Below, piece after piece: positions 30,949-40,630 of a stretch of 64,000 nucleotides of DNA. Below the pieces are notes generated by a model. That model was not told the origin of the DNA, ran no database searches, and was given only the letters and a program-made list of their open reading frames with translations. The position numbers and the translations under genes were made by a program. The stretch is from positions 7,136,001 to 7,200,000 of the forward strand of contig CBDDPY010000002.1 of assembly GCA_965232515.1 (NCBI GenBank), read 5' to 3'. Within the stretch, counting starts at the first letter, position 1; each line of letters begins with the position of its first letter. The stretch is from Alphaproteobacteria bacterium. GTDB taxonomy: Bacteria > Pseudomonadota > Alphaproteobacteria > GCA-2731375.

Positions 30949-32037
30949 TTAGTCGTCCGCGCCGGCGGCGTCGCGCCGAGCCGTCGTGGCCCACAGGCTG
31001 TGGTGTTCTTTCGCCCAGTTCACATCGACCTGCCCGGAACCCATGGCGCCGAACGCGCCCTCCATACCGATGGTGGCGATGTAGATGTGGGCCAAGATCA
31101 GCACGATCAGCGCCAGGCCCATGACGGCGTGCCAGATCTGCGAAAGCTGCATCTCCTGCAGCGCCGTCAATTGGGTCGGCAGATCGAAACCGATCAGATT
31201 GAGCAGTTCGAACGTGCCGCCAAAGAGCGCGAACTGGAACGGAAACATGAGCGCCAGTCCGGACAGACTGATCGACGCGCCGCCCAGCAGGACCAGCCAG
31301 AACACGATCTTCTGGCCGGCGTTGAAGCGCTTCGCCGGCGGATGATTGTTCTTGCCGAACATGCCGCCCCCCTTTGCGAGCCAGGTCAGGTCGGTTCTGT
31401 TGGGCATGTTGTCGCGAATCCACAGCACCAGGATCAGCACGAGGCCAAGCATGAACGCAAAGGCGACGTAGTTGTGGGCATATTTCCCGGCCAGCGTTAC
31501 GGCGGAAAAGAACTCCGCGCCCAGTATCGGCATCAGGACATAGCGGCCGTACAACAGATTCAGACCCGTCAGTCCCAGGACAATGAACGAACCGGCAACC
31601 AGCCAATGGGCGAACCGCTCGAATGCATTGAAGCGCTCTATCGTCCGACCGCTGGCGCCGGCGTCGATCTTGATCCGGCCGCGCAGGGCGAAGAACAGGC
31701 CAAGCAGCACGAGCGTCGCCAGCATCGACCAGCCGCCATAAAGCGTCAGCGGACCGTTCCGCACCGACCGCCAGTTGTCGCCCTCGGATTGAATCATCAC
31801 GCCCGACTGCTTGTCGGGAATCGACACGTTGCCGCGTTCACCCCGGCGGATCGCCCGCCACATTTCAGAATCGCTTGTATCGCCCAGCGTATTTGGGGGA
31901 CCGACACCGCCGACCTGGGCATGTGCAGGCCCAATGGGCGGCGAGATCGGCAATAGCGTTGTAATCGCGAACCCGATCAGAACGATAAACAGTGCATAGG
32001 CTATCGGCCTGCCGCATCGACCCCTGAAGAATTGCAT
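30949..32037 (-). CDS. fdnI: Formate dehydrogenase gamma subunit (cytochrome b)
   Basis: ERFAHW, YAHNY, FNAGQKIVFW, AHIYIAT and WAKEHH. Confidence 0.9.
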   Translation of the reverse strand: MQFFRGRCGRPIAYALFIVLIGFAITTLLPISPPIGPAHAQVGGVGPPNTLGDTSDSEMWRAIRRGERGNVSIPDKQSGVMIQSEGDNWRSVRNGPLTLYGGWSMLATLVLLGLFFALRGRIKIDAGASGRTIERFNAFERFAHWLVAGSFIVLGLTGLNLLYGRYVLMPILGAEFFSAVTLAGKYAHNYVAFAFMLGLVLILVLWIRDNMPNRTDLTWLAKGGGMFGKNNHPPAKRFNAGQKIVFWLVLLGGASISLSGLALMFPFQFALFGGTFELLNLIGFDLPTQLTALQEMQLSQIWHAVMGLALIVLILAHIYIATIGMEGAFGAMGSGQVDVNWAKEHHSLWATTARRDAAGADD

Positions 32038-32053
32038 GGCGCCCTCAATGAAC

Positions 32054-32260
32054 TTATTCAGCCCGTTGTTTGTTGGCGCGATGTCGCAAGGTCTCGACCT
32101 GTTGCTGCGTCAGACCCTGATCCGGCGCGCCCTGGTAGATGCCCTTTTCGTAGCGTAGCGGTCGGTCCTGTTCTTCCTCTCGACAGCCGGGTAGTAACAG
32201 AACCAGCAGCCCGAGACCGCTCAACGCAAGGGCCGCGCCCGATCGACGTTTAAGCGGCAT
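32054..32260 (-). CDS. Small FDH-associated lipoprotein
   Basis: Lipobox LPGC followed by REEEQDRPLRYEKGIYQG; lies between the FDH beta and gamma genes. Confidence 0.7.
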   Translation of the reverse strand: MPLKRRSGAALALSGLGLLVLLLPGCREEEQDRPLRYEKGIYQGAPDQGLTQQQVETLRHRANKQRAE

Positions 32261-32328
32261 GCGACGGCCTATGCCGGGGAAGCGTCGTCGGTGCAAATGC
32301 TGACATCTATCCCTTCGGATATGCGGCG

Positions 32329-32356
32329 GGAGGGGGCGGCCATATCTCCCCCTCCG
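32329..32356 (-). terminator. GC-rich stem-loop downstream of FDH beta
   Basis: GGAGGGGG...CCCCCTCC inverted repeat in the intergenic space. With no clear U-tract it may be a stabilising hairpin. Confidence 0.4.
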
Positions 32357-32377
32357 CTACGGTATCGCCTGCGCGGT

Positions 32378-32974
32378 TCAGGTGCCCTTTTTCAGCTGGT
32401 AGGCCGTTCCCCAGCCCCAGGCGCCGGAGCCGAATCCCCTTGCCACCACCCGCTCGCGATAGATGTCCGATATTGCGTCGCCGTCACCGCCAAGCAGGGC
32501 CTTGGTCGCGCACATCTCGGCGCATAGCGGCAGCTTGCCCTCGGCCAATCGATTGCGACCGTACTTCTGGAACTCTGCGCTGCTGTTGTCGTCCTCCGGA
32601 CCGCCGGCGCAGAACGTGCATTTGTCCATCTTGCCGCGACTGCCGAAGTTGCCGGCCTGGGGATATTGCGGCGCGCCGAACGGGCAGGCGTAGAAGCAAT
32701 AGCCGCAGCCGATACACAGGTCCTTGGAGTGCAGCACCACGCCTTCATCGGTCTGGTAGAAGCAATCGACCGGGCAGACAGCCATGCAGGGGGCATCCGA
32801 GCAATGCATGCAGGCGACCGAGATCGAACGTTCGCCGGGAACGCCGTCACGGATGGTGACGACGCGGCGGCGGTTGATGCCCCAGGGCACTTCGTGCTCG
32901 TTCTTGCACGCCGTGACGCAGGCATTGCACTCGATGCAACGCTCGGCGTCGCAGAGGAATTTCATTCGCGCCAT
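32378..32974 (-). CDS. fdh3B: Formate dehydrogenase beta (Fe-S) subunit, FDH3 type
   Basis: MARMKFLCDAERCIECNAC; four 4Fe-4S motifs; GAWGWGTAY C-terminus. Confidence 0.92.
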   Translation of the reverse strand: MARMKFLCDAERCIECNACVTACKNEHEVPWGINRRRVVTIRDGVPGERSISVACMHCSDAPCMAVCPVDCFYQTDEGVVLHSKDLCIGCGYCFYACPFGAPQYPQAGNFGSRGKMDKCTFCAGGPEDDNSSAEFQKYGRNRLAEGKLPLCAEMCATKALLGGDGDAISDIYRERVVARGFGSGAWGWGTAYQLKKGT

Positions 32975-32986
32975 GACTGCGGCTCC

Positions 32987-35854
32987 TTATGCTCTCTCGA
33001 TCCGGCACAGCGTCGTCTTGGTCTCCTGCATGTTGGTGACCGAGTCGTAGCCGTAGGTCTGTGCCGTGTTTGACGATTCACCGAGGACGAACGGATCCGC
33101 GCCTGACGGATATTTGGCCCGCAGATCCTCGCCCTGGAAATGGCCGCCGAAGTGAAACGGCATGAAGGCGACGCCACGACCGACGCGTTCGGTGACCATC
33201 GCCATGACCTTGACCTTGCCGCCCTCCGGACCGGTCAGCCAGACCATCTGGCCATCCCGGATGTTCAGGCTGTTGGCGTCGAACGGATTGATCTCGACGA
33301 ACATGTCCTGTTGCAGTTCGGCCAGCCATGGATTCGACCGGGATTCCTCGCCGCCGCCTTCGTACTCGACAAGCCGCCCCGAGGTCAGAATGATGGGGAA
33401 GTCCTGCGAGAAATCCTGCCGCTGAATCGACTCGTAGAGCGTCGGCAGGCGGTACATCTTGCGGTCCGCATAGGTCGGATAGTCGGCCACCAGATCGCGG
33501 CGTGGAGTGTATAGCGGCTCGCGATGCAGCGGGACCGGATCGGGGAAATTCCAGACCACGCAGCGCGCCTTGGCGTTGCCGAACGGCGCACAGCCGTGCT
33601 TGATCGCGACGCGCTGGATGCCGCCGGAAAGGTCGGTCTTCCAGTTGGTCTTCTCGCCGGCGATCGCTTCGATCGTCTCGCGCTCCTGCGGCGTCAGATC
33701 CGCATCCCAGCCGAGCTTCTTCAGCATCGCCATGGTGAATTCCGGATAGCCGTCCTTCAGCTCCGAGTCGACGGAATACGAGCCCTCCGCCAGAAGATTG
33801 TCGCCGTCGCGCTCGACGCCGAACCGGGCCCGGAACGTTAGTCCGCCTTCGGCAACCGGTTTCGACGGGTCGTAGAGGATCGGCGTGCCCGGATGCTTCA
33901 TCTCCGGCGTGCCCCAGGAAGGCCACGGCATGCCGTAATACTCGCCGTCGGCAGGCCCGCCGACGGCCTGCAAGGTTGTCTTGTTGAACGTGTGCTGGTT
34001 GGCCATATGCAGGCGCAGCCGCTCGGGCGACTGGCCGGTATAGCCGATCGTCCACATACCGCGATTGAACTCGCGCGTGATGTCCTCGACCAGCGGCTCG
34101 TTCCCGTTTACCTCGATGTGCTTGAACATCTCGTCGGCAAAGCCAAACTTCACGGCCAGCCGGTACATGATTTCGTGATCGGTCAGCGACTCGAACACCG
34201 GCTCGATCACCTTCTCGCGCCACTGCAGCGACCGGTTCGACGCCGTCACCGAACCATAGGTCTCGAACTGCGTCGCCGCCGGCAACAGGTAGCAGCCGTC
34301 CTGGCGGTCGTGCAGAACCGCTGTCACCGTTGGATACGGATCGACCACGACCAGCAGGTCCAGCTTCTCCATGGCTTGCTTCATTTCCGGCCCGCGCGTC
34401 TGCGAGTTCGGCGCGTGGCCCCAGAACACCATGGCCCGGAGATTGTCCGGCTGATCCATGTTCTCCTTGGCCTCGAGCACGCCGTCGACCCAGCGCGAGA
34501 CCGGAATGCCGCTGCTCTCCATCAGCTTCTTCGACTGGAAGCGGCCCAGCAGGTAGTCGTAGTCGACATCCCAGACACGGGCCCAATGCTTCCACGAACC
34601 CGTCTTCAGGCCGTAGTAGCCGGGCAGGGTGTGCGACAGCACGCCCAGGTCCGTGGCGCCCTGCACGTTGTCATGGCCGCGGAAGATGTTGGTGCCGCCC
34701 CCGGCCTTGCCCATGTTGCCGAGAGCCAGCTGCAGAATGCAGTAGGCCCGGGTGTTGTTGTTGCCGTTCGTGTGCTGGGTGCCGCCCATGCACCAGATCA
34801 CCGTGCCGGGCCGATTGTTCACCATCAGACGGGCGACGCGCTTGAGCTGCGATCCCGGTACGCCGGTGACGCGCTCGACCTCCTCGGGGGCCCACTTCTT
34901 CACTTCCTGCTTGATCTGCTCCATGCCCCAGACGCGCTGCCGGATGAACTCCTTGTCCTCCCAGCCGTTCTCGAAGATGTGCCAGAGCAGGCCCCAGATC
35001 AGCGCGACGTCGGTGCCCGGCCGGAAACGCACGAATTCATCGGCATGCGCCGCGGTGCGTGTGAAGCGCGGGTCCAACACGATCAACGGCGCGTTGTTCT
35101 GTTCCTTCGCCCGCAGCAGATGCAGCAGCGACACCGGGTGCGCCTCGGCCGGATTGCCGCCGATCAGGAAGATCGCCCGGCTGTTGTGGATGTCGTTGTA
35201 GCTGTTCGTCATCGCACCGTAGCCCCAGGTGTTCGCGACACCCGCGACCGTGGTGGAGTGGCAAATCCGCGCCTGATGGTCGCCGTTATTGCTGCCCCAG
35301 AAGGCGTAGAACTTGCGGAACAGATAGGCCTGCTCGTTGGAATGTTTCGCCGAGCCGAGCCAGTAGACCGAATCCGACCCGGACTGCTCGCGGATCTGCA
35401 GCATCTTGTCGCCGATCTCGTCGATGGCTTGGTCCCAGCTCAGCCGCTTCCATTTGCCGCCTTCGAGTTTCATCGGATACTTCAAGCGCCGTTCGCCATG
35501 CGCGTGCTCGCGCACGGCCGCGCCCTTGGCGCAGTGCGCGCCCAGATTGAAGGGGCTGTCGAAGCCGGGCTCCTGCCCGATCCAGACGCCATCCCGGACT
35601 TCGGCAATCACCGAGCAGCCGACCGAACAGTGCGTGCAGATCGACATGATCTCCTTTACATCGCCGGTCTCCGTCTGCGCCTCGGCCGGCTTGACCATGC
35701 CGGACGTCAGCGTTGACGCCGCCGCGATGCCGCCGGCCGCCAGGCCGGAGCGCCGGAGAAATGTCCGTCGATCGATCGCGCCGCCGGTGAGTCCGACAAC
35801 TGTCGACGCCAATCGGGGGCCTCGCGCAACCCCGTTGGTCCTCTTCCTCAGCAT
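32987..35854 (-). CDS. fdnG: Formate dehydrogenase alpha subunit (Mo/W-bisPGD, Tat-exported, Cys ligand)
   Basis: DRRTFLR Tat motif, CTHCSVGC, HCAKG, HQARICH and RGHDNVQG. Confidence 0.93.
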   Translation of the reverse strand: MLRKRTNGVARGPRLASTVVGLTGGAIDRRTFLRRSGLAAGGIAAASTLTSGMVKPAEAQTETGDVKEIMSICTHCSVGCSVIAEVRDGVWIGQEPGFDSPFNLGAHCAKGAAVREHAHGERRLKYPMKLEGGKWKRLSWDQAIDEIGDKMLQIREQSGSDSVYWLGSAKHSNEQAYLFRKFYAFWGSNNGDHQARICHSTTVAGVANTWGYGAMTNSYNDIHNSRAIFLIGGNPAEAHPVSLLHLLRAKEQNNAPLIVLDPRFTRTAAHADEFVRFRPGTDVALIWGLLWHIFENGWEDKEFIRQRVWGMEQIKQEVKKWAPEEVERVTGVPGSQLKRVARLMVNNRPGTVIWCMGGTQHTNGNNNTRAYCILQLALGNMGKAGGGTNIFRGHDNVQGATDLGVLSHTLPGYYGLKTGSWKHWARVWDVDYDYLLGRFQSKKLMESSGIPVSRWVDGVLEAKENMDQPDNLRAMVFWGHAPNSQTRGPEMKQAMEKLDLLVVVDPYPTVTAVLHDRQDGCYLLPAATQFETYGSVTASNRSLQWREKVIEPVFESLTDHEIMYRLAVKFGFADEMFKHIEVNGNEPLVEDITREFNRGMWTIGYTGQSPERLRLHMANQHTFNKTTLQAVGGPADGEYYGMPWPSWGTPEMKHPGTPILYDPSKPVAEGGLTFRARFGVERDGDNLLAEGSYSVDSELKDGYPEFTMAMLKKLGWDADLTPQERETIEAIAGEKTNWKTDLSGGIQRVAIKHGCAPFGNAKARCVVWNFPDPVPLHREPLYTPRRDLVADYPTYADRKMYRLPTLYESIQRQDFSQDFPIILTSGRLVEYEGGGEESRSNPWLAELQQDMFVEINPFDANSLNIRDGQMVWLTGPEGGKVKVMAMVTERVGRGVAFMPFHFGGHFQGEDLRAKYPSGADPFVLGESSNTAQTYGYDSVTNMQETKTTLCRIERA

Positions 35855-35908
35855 GTCACTGCTCCTTGGTGCGATATTCCGTCAGCTTCGCCCGAACAGG
35901 TACGCCGG

Positions 35909-36109
35909 TCAGAACTTCGACAGGGCATAGACCTTCTTTACATGCGGTGTTTCGCGGTAGCCGGCGCTGCCCGGACGCTTCTCTCCGGATTCGGCCGTTT
36001 CGGCCGGCCTGGGCGAGACCGCGGCCGCGACACCCGCCACGCTGCCGGCGCCGGCCAGCTTCAGGAAGTCACGGCGGGCCGCCGGTGTTGCTCGCTTTTT
36101 CTCAGTCAT
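35909..36109 (-). CDS. Small twin-arginine-signal protein (FDH-region Tat target)
   Basis: ARRDFLKLAG...GYRETPHVKKVY; AGGAAGG RBS. Confidence 0.78.
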   Translation of the reverse strand: MTEKKRATPAARRDFLKLAGAGSVAGVAAAVSPRPAETAESGEKRPGSAGYRETPHVKKVYALSKF

Positions 36110-36179
36110 CGTGCCTACCTTCCTCGTCTTTCGATTACCGTGACGCGTACCGGCTACAGGCACCGGGTATGCCTTCAAT

Positions 36180-36785
36180 TCAGTCCGTCATACGAAAGGC
36201 GGTCCCTTCGATAGCCATCAGCAACCGGCCCATCGTGCCCACGGGGCGGTAGAAGGCGGCGCTTTGCGCGGCTTCCAGATCGCTGAAGAACTGTTCGGCC
36301 CAGGGCTCGATATGTCGGCCGAAGAAAAGGCGCTGGGTCGCCAAATCGGCGGGTTCGCCGAAAGCGCCAAGAATTAGTCCGCCCATGATCTCGCACAGGC
36401 AAGCGATGTGATCCTCGGGCTCCTTGACGTCGTCGGTTCGTTCTATCCCAAGGCCGGCCATGTCTTCGCGCAGCCGCGCCAGCGGCTTTTCGTGCAGGAA
36501 TCCGGTCAGATAGAACGAGCCGAAGGGAACCAGCTCGCCCCGGCCAAGACCGATGAACAGGTCCTGATATTCATTCGCCGCCGGTTCGGGCGCCGTCGCC
36601 GCCGCGGCCCGGGCCAGTTCGGTCAGCGCCTGGCCGAACGCGGTATCGTCTCCGTCGAGTGCGGCCGTCAACTCCAACACCGCCGCCGATGGCGGTGACT
36701 TCAGTAGACGTGACAGGAAGCGATAGTAATGGGCGCGAAGGACGTCTTCCTCCGCGATGCCCCGGTCCAATCGATGGCTGTCCAT
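36180..36785 (-). CDS. TorD/DmsD-family molybdoenzyme chaperone
   Basis: EYQDLFIG, PFGSFYLTG, EPEDHIA and HIEPW. Confidence 0.9.
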   Translation of the reverse strand: MDSHRLDRGIAEEDVLRAHYYRFLSRLLKSPPSAAVLELTAALDGDDTAFGQALTELARAAAATAPEPAANEYQDLFIGLGRGELVPFGSFYLTGFLHEKPLARLREDMAGLGIERTDDVKEPEDHIACLCEIMGGLILGAFGEPADLATQRLFFGRHIEPWAEQFFSDLEAAQSAAFYRPVGTMGRLLMAIEGTAFRMTD

Positions 36786-36963
36786 CGAGGCCGCCACCTT
36801 GCACCCTCCCGAATCAAAGGCATCGGCTATGTGTATCGTCAGCCTGTTCCGGCATTTGCTGCCATGTTAACGAAACCGTATTACGGAACTGTGTGTTGCG
36901 TCCATGCAATCTTGCACTAGCCGGTGCACATCACCGTGAAGAACGAACTGCGCCACCGATCTG

Positions 36964-37635
36964 TCACGCCGTTTCGTCCGGCGACCCGCGTCGGCCGTCC
37001 GTCTTCGCCCGGTCTGTCGCCCGAGCCGGTCGCTCGGCACCGGGCGTTGCGTCGTCTGCCGGGTCCGTTGGCGTCTGCTCGGCAACGACGGTTTTTGCCG
37101 GCCCGGCGGCCTCGCCATCGGTTTGCGCGTCCGTTTCCGACTCCTCGGCATCCGCCAACAGACCTTTGCCGACACGATACGCCGTCTTGATGCCGTCGAC
37201 GGCCAGCGCCAGATCGGTGAAGTCGTCGTCGTAGTCGTTCAAGCCGTCGAGGTTGGCCAACGTCGGATCGAGCCGCCAGAGCTTCCGCAGCGCCTTTTGC
37301 CGAAGATCTTCCGGCACGCCGTGTTGGAGGAAGGCGGAGAAATCCGAATCCGCTGTCAAACTATCGATGTCCGGCAGGTCCGGGACGGTGTCCGGCGCCT
37401 CGGCGCGCCCGGAATCGACGGTCGCCGGCCGGTCCGAGTTTCGCTGGTCGGCCGCCGCGTATGCTTCGGATTTGCCGGTGGATGCGCCGTCGACGGCACG
37501 ACCGCCATTTTCGCGGAGCGGTTCGCGCCGTGCCGTCCGACCGTCGCGCTCCGCGGCTTTGCGTGTCGACCAGCGACGCAGAAAGTCGTCCGCTTGGTCC
37601 AAGGTCCTAGCCTTTCCGTCCGCGCCCCCGGTCAT
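36964..37635 (-). CDS. DUF3306-family protein
   Basis: FLRRWSTRK...LPDIDSL...DFSAFL..GVPEDLRQKALRKLW...DGLNDYDDDFT. Confidence 0.8.
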   Translation of the reverse strand: MTGGADGKARTLDQADDFLRRWSTRKAAERDGRTARREPLRENGGRAVDGASTGKSEAYAAADQRNSDRPATVDSGRAEAPDTVPDLPDIDSLTADSDFSAFLQHGVPEDLRQKALRKLWRLDPTLANLDGLNDYDDDFTDLALAVDGIKTAYRVGKGLLADAEESETDAQTDGEAAGPAKTVVAEQTPTDPADDATPGAERPARATDRAKTDGRRGSPDETA

Positions 37636-38137
37636 CGGGCGACCGTCCGAAAGCGACTTCGTCGGGATCATACCGCTTCCGCTTTCGCTTGTGGAAGGGT
37701 TCATCCACATGGTGCCGGTCGATGAAATCCTGGACCCAGGCAACGACCCCCTCGGGCATTGGCACGCCTTCCACCACATCCTCGCCGCTGTCGAGGTAGT
37801 CCTGTGCTTCATAGGGTGACGCCGTGACCAGAAACGGCTCGACCTCCCGGGGACTGGCGGCGTCTTCGATGCTCCGCAGAACGACGTAGACGACCGGCAC
37901 GGCGTTCGAAAGATTGGTGCGGTAGGCCTCGGTCTCCTTGCGATGCAACGCGAGCGGCAGCGTCGCGGCATGGAACCGGCGCCAGTTCGCCTCTTGCGCC
38001 AGCAGCTTCCATTCGTCGGTCGCGCCGGCGCCGGGGATGACGGCGACCGGAGTCCAGACGCCCTGCTGCCACGGATTGTCGATCTCGCGCCATTCGACGA
38101 CCACGCCAAGCGGCATCGTCTGCACGCGGTCCGTCAC
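37607..38137 (-). CDS. DUF3305-family protein
   Basis: NPWQ...W, LHRKETEAYRTNL, VTASPYEA and FHKRKR. Confidence 0.82.
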   Translation of the reverse strand: MTDRVQTMPLGVVVEWREIDNPWQQGVWTPVAVIPGAGATDEWKLLAQEANWRRFHAATLPLALHRKETEAYRTNLSNAVPVVYVVLRSIEDAASPREVEPFLVTASPYEAQDYLDSGEDVVEGVPMPEGVVAWVQDFIDRHHVDEPFHKRKRKRYDPDEVAFGRSPDDRGRGRKG

Positions 38138-38266
38138 ATCTGCCCCTTCCAGGTGCTTGCGCTCGCGAATTTCCCTCGAGCCTGTGAGAAAGAATGCAAA
38201 TATGTCAACATCGTCGGTTACGCCGCCTCGAGTAGCGTCACTCGCTCAGGACGCTCGCGAAGGACG

Positions 38267-40351
38267 ATGGCTATGCGACTGAAGGGAAAGAACGTTCTGC
38301 TCTGCAATTGCGAGCGGACGATGCCATTGGATGCGAAAGCCGTCGCGGATGCCTGTGGCGCGACGGCGTCGGCGAATGCAAATAGCCAACTATGTCGGGC
38401 GGAATTGGAGAAATTTCGCACGGCCGCGCGGACCGGTGAGGAACTGGTTGTCGCCTGCACGCAGGAAGCGCCGTTGTTCCGGCAGATCCTCGAAGAGGAC
38501 GGCGTTGCGTCGCCGGCGACATTCGTCAACATCCGCGAACGCGCCGGATGGTCGGCCGAGGCCGCGGCGACAACGGCAAAGATCGCGGCGCTGCTGGCCG
38601 AGGCGACGCTTGACGTGCCGCCGGCGCCGACCGTTACGCTCAAATCCGATGGTGTTTGCCTGGTCTATGGCCGAGACGAGATGGCGGTTGACGCGGCGCG
38701 CCAGCTTGCCGGCCGGCTGGATGTCACGCTGCTGTTGACCGGAGCGGCCGAGATCTCGCCGCCTGCTGTCACAGAGGTGCCGGTCTTTCGTGGCACCATC
38801 GTTTCGGCACGGGGGCATTTCGGCGCCTTCGAGATCGTCGTCAACGACTATGCGCCGAGCAGCGTTTCCTCGCGCGATGCGCTGAGGTTCGAAGCGCCGC
38901 GCGACGGGGCCGGATCGCGTTGCGACTTGATCCTGGATTTGACCGGAGATCCGCCGCTGTTTCCGGCCCACCACAAGCGCGATGGCTACATCCGACCCGA
39001 TCCCGGCAATCCGGCGGCCGTACAACGCGCGTTGTTCGATCTCAGCGATCTGGTCGGCGAGTTCGAGAAGCCGCGCTATGTCGACTTTCAGGCCGATCTT
39101 TGCGCGCATTCCCGCAGCCGCATCGTCGGCTGCACGCGTTGCCTCGATGTCTGCCCGGCGTCGGCGATCGCACCCGATGGCGATACGGTCGCCATCGATC
39201 CCCACCTCTGCGGTGGCTGCGGCGGCTGCAACAGCGTCTGTCCGACCGGGGCGGCGGATTACCGAATGCCGCCGAACGCCACCCTGCTGGAACGCGTGGG
39301 CATGCTGCTCTCGACATTTTTGGCGGCAGGCGGCGGGTCACCGGCATTGCTGTTGCACGACAGCGGTTGGGGTCAGGAGATGATCGATCTGATGGCGCGG
39401 CATGGACGTGGGCTGCCGGCCGACGTGTTGCCGTTCGCCGTTAACGAGGTGACGCAGGTCGGTTTCGATTTTCTGGTCGGCGCGCTGGCGAAGGGCGCGA
39501 CCCAGGTTGTGATCCTGGCGCCGCCGACGCGGCGGGAGGAGTTGTCGGGCCTGGCCGGTCAGGTGACGATGGCCGACATCACGATGACCGGTCTCGGCTA
39601 TGGTGACGGTCGCATCAACCTGGTGATCGAATCCGATCCCGAAGCGGTTGAACGACAATTGTATGCGCTGCCCGAATTCGACAGCCACGAAGCCAGCGGC
39701 TTTCTACCGCTCGGCGGCAAGCGGACGCTGATCCGTCTGGCGCTGGATCATCTTCACCACACGGCGCCTCAGCCGACCAACTTCGTCTTTCTACCACCGG
39801 AGGCCCCGTTCGGCGGAGTGAAGGTCGATGTCGACGGCTGCACGCTTTGCCTGGCCTGCGTCGGCGCCTGTCCGACTGGCGCGTTGCGTGACAACCCGGA
39901 ACAACCGCAGCTCCGCTTCCAAGAGGACGCCTGCATTCAGTGCGGTCTGTGCAAGAACACGTGCCCGGAGAAAGTGATCTCGCTCGAGCCGCGCCTGAAC
40001 TTCACGGCCGAGGTACGCCAGGCCCTGATCGTCAAAGAGGAAGAGCCCTTCAACTGCGTCCGCTGCGGCAAACCCTTTGGCACTCGCGGGTCGATCGAGC
40101 GGATTGTCGAGCAACTGGCCAACAAGCACGCGATGTTTCGGGATCCGGCCGCGGTGGACCGGCTGAAGATGTGTCAGGACTGCCGTGTCATCGCCCAGTT
40201 CGAGCAGCAGGACGACCCGTTCGCCGGCGGCGACCGTCCGCCGCCGCGGACCACCGACGACTACCTGCGCGAACGCGCCGAGATCGAGGCGGCGCGGGCG
40301 CAACATCGAACCGGTCGCGCATCGACCGAAGAAGACGAACCTGATGAGTGA
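38267..40351 (+). CDS. Polyferredoxin 4Fe-4S protein (FDH-associated, HdrA-like N-terminus)
   Basis: CNC...LCR...VACTQE...VNIRE; four CxxCxxC..CP motifs; C-terminal CxxC...CxxC. Confidence 0.82.
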   Translation: MAMRLKGKNVLLCNCERTMPLDAKAVADACGATASANANSQLCRAELEKFRTAARTGEELVVACTQEAPLFRQILEEDGVASPATFVNIRERAGWSAEAAATTAKIAALLAEATLDVPPAPTVTLKSDGVCLVYGRDEMAVDAARQLAGRLDVTLLLTGAAEISPPAVTEVPVFRGTIVSARGHFGAFEIVVNDYAPSSVSSRDALRFEAPRDGAGSRCDLILDLTGDPPLFPAHHKRDGYIRPDPGNPAAVQRALFDLSDLVGEFEKPRYVDFQADLCAHSRSRIVGCTRCLDVCPASAIAPDGDTVAIDPHLCGGCGGCNSVCPTGAADYRMPPNATLLERVGMLLSTFLAAGGGSPALLLHDSGWGQEMIDLMARHGRGLPADVLPFAVNEVTQVGFDFLVGALAKGATQVVILAPPTRREELSGLAGQVTMADITMTGLGYGDGRINLVIESDPEAVERQLYALPEFDSHEASGFLPLGGKRTLIRLALDHLHHTAPQPTNFVFLPPEAPFGGVKVDVDGCTLCLACVGACPTGALRDNPEQPQLRFQEDACIQCGLCKNTCPEKVISLEPRLNFTAEVRQALIVKEEEPFNCVRCGKPFGTRGSIERIVEQLANKHAMFRDPAAVDRLKMCQDCRVIAQFEQQDDPFAGGDRPPPRTTDDYLRERAEIEAARAQHRTGRASTEEDEPDE

Positions 40352-40400
40352 GCCGGTTCTCCATTGCGTTCCCGCGCCGGATACCGGCGTTCAGTGACCG

Positions 40401-40607
40401 TTATTCCAGCGCGACCTCGCCGTCGATCGTGACGGAAAGACCCACCGGCTCGATATTCAGCGTGACCGTCGCCTTGAGGCTCTCCGAGCCGGAAAGCTGA
40501 CCGTCCGCGACGGCTTTGCGGATCGCCATCTCGATCTCGCGCTGCGAGGTCACGCCGACTTTCTTCAGAAACTTTCTGACGCTCATATTGAAGGTGTCTT
40601 CGTTCAT
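40401..40607 (-). CDS. DUF6494-family small protein
   Basis: MNEDTFNMSVRKFLKKVGVTSQREIE signature. Confidence 0.75.
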   Translation of the reverse strand: MNEDTFNMSVRKFLKKVGVTSQREIEMAIRKAVADGQLSGSESLKATVTLNIEPVGLSVTIDGEVALE

Positions 40608-40630
40608 CGTCTGGTTTCCCTTGCAAGAAT

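Noticed and set aside
35250-35280. Selenocysteine in the FDH alpha subunit
   Set aside because: The active-site codon is TGC (HQARICH) and the ORF is uninterrupted, so this is a Cys enzyme.
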